A stretch of DNA of 32,847 nt from Candidatus Poribacteria bacterium (GTDB lineage: Bacteria; Poribacteria; WGA-4E; PCPOR2b). The position numbers and the translations under genes were made by a program. The stretch lies in assembly GCA_027296925.1 (NCBI GenBank), contig JAPUIP010000675.1:1-32847 (forward strand), read 5' to 3'. The notes beneath the pieces were generated by a model. That model saw only the letters and a program-made list of their open reading frames with translations. It was not told the DNA's origin and searched no databases. Shown piece after piece: positions 27,641 to 32,847 of this stretch (within the stretch, counting starts at the first letter, position 1; each line of letters opens with the position of its first letter).

Positions 27641-28339
27641 TCACCCCGTTGAAGTTGAGCTTTCTGAATCCTCAGCCGCGACTTTTGCTTTCAACGCCGC
27701 AAGATCTGCCTCAACCGTCTCTTTACGCTCAAGCTCGTGAAATTTCTGCTCAAGGTCATCGCCTTGCGTCAACTCAGCTAACGCCTCCGCATGAGCTTCC
27801 AGATCACGGACACGCTCTATCATCCGGTCGTAGGCATCGAATGTACTTGTATCAATCACCACATCCGCCGGTGGCGATGAGCTCACAGCCGGCCGAGACG
27901 ATTCCACACTTTCAGTCACAACGAATTTTGCGGTGCGATAGCGCATCGAATCTAGCTGAGTTTCCAACGTCTTCAAACTTGACTTGAGCGAATCGATTGT
28001 TTCCTGCTGTGTTGCAGTCTGCTCTCGATATTGGTCAGCTCTCTTGATATGCTCACATTTGCGGGCGAGCGCCCGGCGAGCGAGCTCTTCTTCCCCTTTT
28101 TTCAGGGCGAAAACCGCTTTTTCTTCCCACCTTTGCGCTTCCCTGCCATGTTCGTCAATCTCGCGCTCTAGCAGCTTGAGGTCGGTGATTGCACCCGCGA
28201 TGAGAGATTTGACATTACGGATGTTCTGGCGCATCTCTTCGAGCATCAGGCCGCGCGTTTTGCGCGTATCTTCCGCCTTTGTGAGAAGGTCGCTCACATG
28301 CGATCTGATAATGAGCTTGGCTCGGTTTAGTGTTTGCAT
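27641..28339 (-). CDS. Second, divergent PspA/IM30 family protein
   Basis: ATG 28339 after AAGGAGAG; WEEKAVFALKKGEEELARRAL, TFDAYDRMIERV, VEADLAALK. The longer ORF-track start runs into tmRNA and is rejected. Confidence 0.9.
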   Translation of the reverse strand: MQTLNRAKLIIRSHVSDLLTKAEDTRKTRGLMLEEMRQNIRNVKSLIAGAITDLKLLEREIDEHGREAQRWEEKAVFALKKGEEELARRALARKCEHIKRADQYREQTATQQETIDSLKSSLKTLETQLDSMRYRTAKFVVTESVESSRPAVSSSPPADVVIDTSTFDAYDRMIERVRDLEAHAEALAELTQGDDLEQKFHELERKETVEADLAALKAKVAAEDSESSTSTG

Positions 28340-28410
28340 TGTTCTGTCTCTCCTTGTAACTTTGATCTGAATCAAATGGGTAATAGGCCCAAACGAACAT
28401 GTGAAAAAGT

Positions 28411-28426
28411 TACAAGGATTTTGCCA
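28411..28426 (-). promoter_or_regulatory. Sigma54-like promoter (TTGTA -12 variant) upstream of the second pspA
   Basis: TGGCAAAATCCTTGTA, 72 bp upstream of ATG 28339. Confidence 0.6.
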
Positions 28427-28501
28427 TTTGGGAAGGTTGAGCCAGAGGGAGCGTATGTAATGTGCAGCGGCCGGGGGGAGAAATACAAATTGTAAAAATA
28501 A

Positions 28502-28855
28502 TGGAGGTGGCGGGAATTGAACCCGCGTCCAAGAGCATTTCAACAAAGGCTACTACATGCTTGTCACAAGTTTTAAGTTTCGCCCACAAGACTCCCTTAT
28601 GCCAGATTCGCTGTGGACTATCTCAAGTGAAGTCTCGCGGCCTGTCCCTTGAGAACAAACAGACCACATAGCCCGTTTTTTGTCGCCCGACTAATCCGAC
28701 GGGCCGCAAATTAGTCAGACGAGCTGCTCTTAAGCAGCTAGTGCTAATTCTTCGTAATCAGCAATTATGATTTTTCCGCCTGTTTAACGAGGCCTGCGGA
28801 GACCTCGGCATGCAACCTTTATCTCATCTACTCCTGTCGAAACCTTTTCACCCCC
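28502..28855 (-). ncRNA. ssrA: tmRNA; tag peptide (A)ADYEELALAA
   Basis: 5' GGGGGTG pairs with 3' CACCTCC-A with a G3-U wobble; T-arm GCGGGTTCAATTCCCGC; tag ORF 28762-28730 after ATAATT; adjacent to smpB; CCA not encoded. Confidence 0.96.
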
Positions 28856-28961
28856 AAATGTAAGGACGAAAAATCTATACAGAAGATTCTTGCTTTCTCA
28901 GGTATTGACGTTTCCATTCTACAGATCAGAAAGATGCGTAGCAACCGCCTCACTATTGCTG

Positions 28962-29426
28962 CTACCTCAGATATGATCGAATCGCGCGTTGATCTGCCGC
29001 TTTCCTGAGATCGTCGCGCTTATCATACGCCTGTTTGCCGCGTGCGACGGCGATTTCGACTTTTACTTTGCCGTCGCTGAAGTAGGCTTTCGTTGGGACA
29101 ATTGTCATGCCATCAGAGCGGGTTGTCGCTTCGATTTTCCGAATTTCCCTACGATTCAGCAGCAACTTCCGTTTTCGCTTTGGCTCATGGTTCTCGCGAT
29201 TCCCGTGCTCGTACGGACCAATATGCGCATCGATCAAAAAAACTTCGCCATTCTCGACACGCGCGTAGCTATCTGTCAGATTGAGTCTGCCAGTGCGGAT
29301 CGCCTTGACTTCTGTCCCTTGAAGAACAAGCCCAGCTTCGTAACGATCCAGCAGGTGATAATCATATCGCGCTTTCTTATTGATGGCAGCCGTTTTGGTC
29401 TGTGCAGCAGGCTTGGCACCTTTCAT
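28962..29426 (-). CDS. smpB: SsrA-binding protein SmpB
   Basis: NKKARYDY...EAGLVLQGTEVKAIR...RKRKLLL...GKQAYDKR. Confidence 0.97.
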   Translation of the reverse strand: MKGAKPAAQTKTAAINKKARYDYHLLDRYEAGLVLQGTEVKAIRTGRLNLTDSYARVENGEVFLIDAHIGPYEHGNRENHEPKRKRKLLLNRREIRKIEATTRSDGMTIVPTKAYFSDGKVKVEIAVARGKQAYDKRDDLRKAADQRAIRSYLR

Positions 29427-29435
29427 AGCGGATGA

Positions 29436-29464
29436 ATTATAGCACAAACGCGAAAGTGACGCAA
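29436..29464 (-). promoter_or_regulatory. Sigma70 promoter of smpB (leaderless or near-leaderless transcript)
   Basis: TTGCGT-17 bp-TATAAT with extended TG; only 9 nt between the -10 box and the ATG, and no SD. Confidence 0.7.
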
Positions 29465-29519
29465 GAGCAAAAACCGGTCAATCCTAAATCGGTATTAGAG
29501 GGGTACCCGGGGAACCGAC

Positions 29520-30500
29520 TCATTCCAAACGCCCCGTCACATGGGCCAAGCCGTCACCCACGTGAACAGGGTGAACGCGCCGCAGCATGATGACTACGCC
29601 GGCTCGCTCGGTCGTGATTTCCGCCACGACTTCACCGAAGGGATCGACAACGGTGCCCAAGCGTTGGCCGGCGTTAACTTCATCCAGCAAGGCCACATCG
29701 GCTCGGAAGTAGCCGGCGGCCGGTGTCGAAATGACGGTGTCCATATTGCCGTCCCCGATCAGGTAATGCGTCATGAGCCGTGGCTGGGGCTCACCATCGA
29801 GCATATTGAGGTGCTTCATCACGTTGAGTACACCGGTAGTAAAGCAACTCACATCGTCCAGGCGGGCATAGCCGCCGCCGCGAGCTTCAGTGTAAAGTGA
29901 TGGTACACTCAGGTCTGTGGCGGCACTCAGACTCCGGCCGGGTGGCACCGGCGGTGGATGCGCCCATAACACCGGCGCACCAAACGCTTTGGCCGCGGCC
30001 TGCGAACGTTTCCCCAACTCATCATCGCTGTGAATGTAGCCAATGAGCGTCGGAATCTTGGCGGTCATCCCACCACTGTGCAGATCGATGAAAAAATCAG
30101 CCGGTTTCAGCAGCTTTTCGGTGATAAAGTAAGCGATACGTTGGGTGATTGTGCCATGAGCGTCACCCGGAAAGACACGAGCTAGATTCAACCCGTCGAT
30201 GGGGCTGTTGCGAGTGGCAGCTTCATAGGCCGGCACGTTACAGACCGGCACCATCACCAAGGTACCCTGCAACCTCTCAGGCTCTATCTGCTGAAACACC
30301 CGAGGAATCGTTTCGACGCCTTCATACTCATTGCCGTGCACAGCGGCGGTGACAACCAGCGTCGGGCCAGCCGTTCTGCCGGTCACATAGAGAAAAGGCA
30401 AATGGCAAACGCCCCCATCCAGTTGAGTGGCAACCTCTAGCCAGCCCGTCTCTTTGCGCTGGCGCGGCAGTTGCCCAATGTCTAAATGACGAAAATGCAT
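29520..30500 (-). CDS. Succinylglutamate desuccinylase/aspartoacylase (peptidase M14-like) family protein
   Basis: AAVHGNE, RNSPIDGLNLARVFPG and IDLHSG metal/substrate motifs; C-terminal biotinyl-like barrel. Confidence 0.9.
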   Translation of the reverse strand: MHFRHLDIGQLPRQRKETGWLEVATQLDGGVCHLPFLYVTGRTAGPTLVVTAAVHGNEYEGVETIPRVFQQIEPERLQGTLVMVPVCNVPAYEAATRNSPIDGLNLARVFPGDAHGTITQRIAYFITEKLLKPADFFIDLHSGGMTAKIPTLIGYIHSDDELGKRSQAAAKAFGAPVLWAHPPPVPPGRSLSAATDLSVPSLYTEARGGGYARLDDVSCFTTGVLNVMKHLNMLDGEPQPRLMTHYLIGDGNMDTVISTPAAGYFRADVALLDEVNAGQRLGTVVDPFGEVVAEITTERAGVVIMLRRVHPVHVGDGLAHVTGRLE

Positions 30501-30513
30501 GTTCCTTTCCTCT

Positions 30514-32205
30514 CTAATCGAACTGTATCATCTCCACTGAAAACCACAGGGCCAAACTCCCCGTTCGATCATCATAGCCACTCATCGCTTCTCGAATGAT
30601 GTACTCATGTTCAGTTTCGAGTGCGCCCGTCCCCGTACATCCATCAACCACATCGCCCGTTTCAGTAATCTTAGCTTTAGCCGCATTCCATAAAGACTCT
30701 AGGAATGGGATATACGATTGATCCAACAAGCCCAATTTAATACCTCTGGCAACCCCATAACCGATCATACAAGTGCTCGTGAGTTCTTGATAACTACCCG
30801 GCAATGTGATGATCTGGTTGTAACACCCCGATAGATTCTGGTAATGTAACAACCCACTCAGCAATTTCTCATACATCAGAAATATATCAGAATATAAAGG
30901 ATAAGATTGTGGCAGATAAGTCAATGTTTCTGCAAGGCCTAAAACAGCGAATCCATTTCCTCTGCCCCAATAAAACGGCGTTTCTCTGTCATGCCAATAT
31001 AATCCGGACGTCTGCTGTGTATTCATGTTCACGATGAAATGGGTCAGGATGTCCAGATAGCGCCGCTCTTCCGTCAACGCATAACTCCGCCCCATCATTG
31101 ATCCGAGCATGAACATATCCTCCGTTCTCCATTTCGGATCAGCAGGCGCGGGAGGATTTGAGAAGTCTGAATCAAACCGATCTGTGAGATCTAAGAGATA
31201 CTTTTTGTATCGCTGATCTTGAGTCACTCGAAACAGATCGTCCGCCCATACCGCTCCGGCAAGCGAAGCAGAACCGGGCCTGTCGCCAAAACTGGTCGAG
31301 GGATTATCAACATACGAATCGACAAGCTGATAAATATCATCAGGCACCGGCCGAGAGAGATATTCCGCCAATCGAATTCTGCCACTCACACCGACACCTT
31401 GAACGTAATTAATCGGAGAATCTAGCCGATAACCAAATTGCGATGCTAGCGCCTCACTCACCTCAACAGCGGTTCGATCCGTCCGTTTATGGATTGCCGC
31501 TACGGCGTGACTCGATGGGAAACCATCCGTGCCTCTCAAATTTTGGACTTTACGCAATAACGCAACTGTTTCTGATATAACTTGACTGCTTGCTCCCGTT
31601 ATTCTGACTCCGGGTATTGCGCCAAGATTGGAAATATGCTTCCGACCTAATGCGCCGATTAAGCTATCATCGGAAACACGACTCACTGTATCGACATCAT
31701 TTATGAAAGAAGGAGAAGCCTCATTCGATTCAATCTCCAATGATTCTCCAAGAGATAACTCAATCACGAAGTCAGGGGCTTGGTAGGATATCCACCTCCA
31801 GATGTATCTGCTCTCAGGGATTTCATCATCAAAAAAGTAGTTTCCAGCAGGAGGAAATCCATGCGTCAATTTCTGCTGAAGTTGAGGCGGCTTCTGATCG
31901 CCTACATATGAGTCATAGTTCAAACAAGGAATATAACTCATTGATAAGGCATTGACATCGTTGAAGTTACCAGCAATCGTTTCAATCGCATCCAGCATTA
32001 ATTGAACGTCACCATCAGTACCGTGAATTCCTCCGATAATCAATATTCGAGTACAGTCGCCAGAAAAATCATAAGCGTTCCTATTAAGGATGACGGGGAT
32101 CTGGTATCCCGCTTTCGTTATCCCACAATAACTCATATCTGACGAATCTAAGCTAAGCCTGATCAGGTTCAGTATTTTTGATTCCAATAATTTACTCAAA
32201 GACAT
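30514..32205 (-). CDS. Fusion of a degenerate M14-like domain and a GH88/GH105 unsaturated uronyl hydrolase
   Basis: N-terminal ILIIGGIHG...YIPCLNYD...PESR...PDFVIEL; C-terminal EDMFM, GLYWH, YWGRGNGF, ELTSTCM; SD GAGGAG. Confidence 0.8.
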   Translation of the reverse strand: MSLSKLLESKILNLIRLSLDSSDMSYCGITKAGYQIPVILNRNAYDFSGDCTRILIIGGIHGTDGDVQLMLDAIETIAGNFNDVNALSMSYIPCLNYDSYVGDQKPPQLQQKLTHGFPPAGNYFFDDEIPESRYIWRWISYQAPDFVIELSLGESLEIESNEASPSFINDVDTVSRVSDDSLIGALGRKHISNLGAIPGVRITGASSQVISETVALLRKVQNLRGTDGFPSSHAVAAIHKRTDRTAVEVSEALASQFGYRLDSPINYVQGVGVSGRIRLAEYLSRPVPDDIYQLVDSYVDNPSTSFGDRPGSASLAGAVWADDLFRVTQDQRYKKYLLDLTDRFDSDFSNPPAPADPKWRTEDMFMLGSMMGRSYALTEERRYLDILTHFIVNMNTQQTSGLYWHDRETPFYWGRGNGFAVLGLAETLTYLPQSYPLYSDIFLMYEKLLSGLLHYQNLSGCYNQIITLPGSYQELTSTCMIGYGVARGIKLGLLDQSYIPFLESLWNAAKAKITETGDVVDGCTGTGALETEHEYIIREAMSGYDDRTGSLALWFSVEMIQFD

Positions 32206-32311
32206 ACAAACTCCTCAGTCAAAGTTCGAGCGACTCCCTACTGCTTCGGCCATGCTCACATCGGGACTGACCGATCTGTCTGGGCGACCCGGTCCAATAC
32301 CTGCCGTTCGC

Positions 32312-32708
32312 TTAATGGTGCAGGTGCAAGGTCTTCTCCACACTTTCCGCGAGTCCTTTCATGTAACCATCGCAAATATCTTGGCGAGTTTCCAGCCGGC
32401 GTCATCTTCCAAATTGACGCCGTGGTCGGGCCGCATGGGACCTTCAAAGCCGACCTCATAATACGTCTTCATGGCTTCAAACATGTCGGTTGGGCCATCA
32501 TCGTGCATGACTTCCTGGAACTTGGGGACGGCTCCCTCGACATCCCTGAAGTGGGCGAAGAAGATCTTTCCCCTCTTGCCAAAGTGACGAATCGCCGTCG
32601 GTATATCCTCACCCATTCGGCAAAGCATCCTTGACAGAAATTGAGCCCAATCTTGTCAGTTGTCGGTACGAGGTTAATCAGGCGGTCGAATGCTTCGACA
32701 CTTCTTAG
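32312..32708 (-). pseudogene. uxuA: Mannonate dehydratase C-terminal remnant with two frameshifts
   Basis: RSVEAFDRLINLVP...GLNFCQGCFAE / MGEDIPTAIRHFG...IFFAHFRDVEG...MRPDH...KIFA / GYMKGLAESVEK; single-base losses near 32616 and 32369; N-terminal part absent. Confidence 0.82.
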
Positions 32709-32744
32709 TAGGAATAAAGCCCCAGAGCTTTCGTTCTCCCGGGT

Positions 32745-32846
32745 CTAACGCGGCTCGTCACTCACCGGCCCTGCCGCCGTGCGCTCCCATATCTCGGCGA
32801 ACCGCTCGGAACCATCATCGTCCCAGTCGTATAAGTCAACCGGCTG
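32745..32846 (-). CDS. 3' end of a gene cut by the window edge (possibly enolase superfamily)
   Basis: Open frame ...QPVDLYDWDDDGSERFAEIWERTAAGPVSDEPR* followed by an imperfect hairpin at about 32714-32743. Family assignment is a weak recollection only. Confidence 0.4.
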   Translation of the reverse strand, partial: QPVDLYDWDDDGSERFAEIWERTAAGPVSDEPR

Positions 32847-32847
32847 A

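Noticed and set aside
24070-28520. Psp locus as an island integrated at the ssrA 3' end
   Set aside because: No duplicated ssrA 3' end, integrase or obvious compositional shift was seen in the window.
28340-28671. N-terminal extension of pspA2 and the ORF at 28462-28671
   Set aside because: Both overlap the tmRNA gene.

Overview
Bacterial chromosomal window, most likely Candidatus Poribacteria (inferred from the C-terminal 'LLQNYPNPFNPETWIPF...AAYWDGRN..GE...YFYRIEAGDFSATRKMVILK' tail of the giant protein). Left: two very large secreted proteins on the minus strand. One is about 2920 aa (beta-helix, Ig-like, cohesin, dockerin) with a sigma54-type promoter and a repeated candidate enhancer; the other is 1494 aa (cohesin plus 11 cadherin-like repeats). 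Middle: CPBP protease, nnr, an orphan antitoxin-like gene with a MazF-like stub, a D-2-hydroxyacid dehydrogenase, an SDR, a 14-blade YCF48-like lipoprotein, TonB and a coiled-coil membrane protein. Right: a membrane-stress locus with two PspA/IM30 (ESCRT-III-like) paralogues, a PH-domain gene, two NfeD/YqiJ-like genes, a flotillin, a DUF151 nuclease and an unannotated 57-aa two-TM gene. Three intergenic TGGCAA-N5-TTGTA sigma54-like sites lie in this locus, and its PH, NfeD and flotillin genes are broken. It is followed by tmRNA, smpB, an M14 deacylase, an AT-richer M14-like/GH105 fusion and a frameshifted uxuA remnant. All calls come from reading motifs by eye; no database searches were run.
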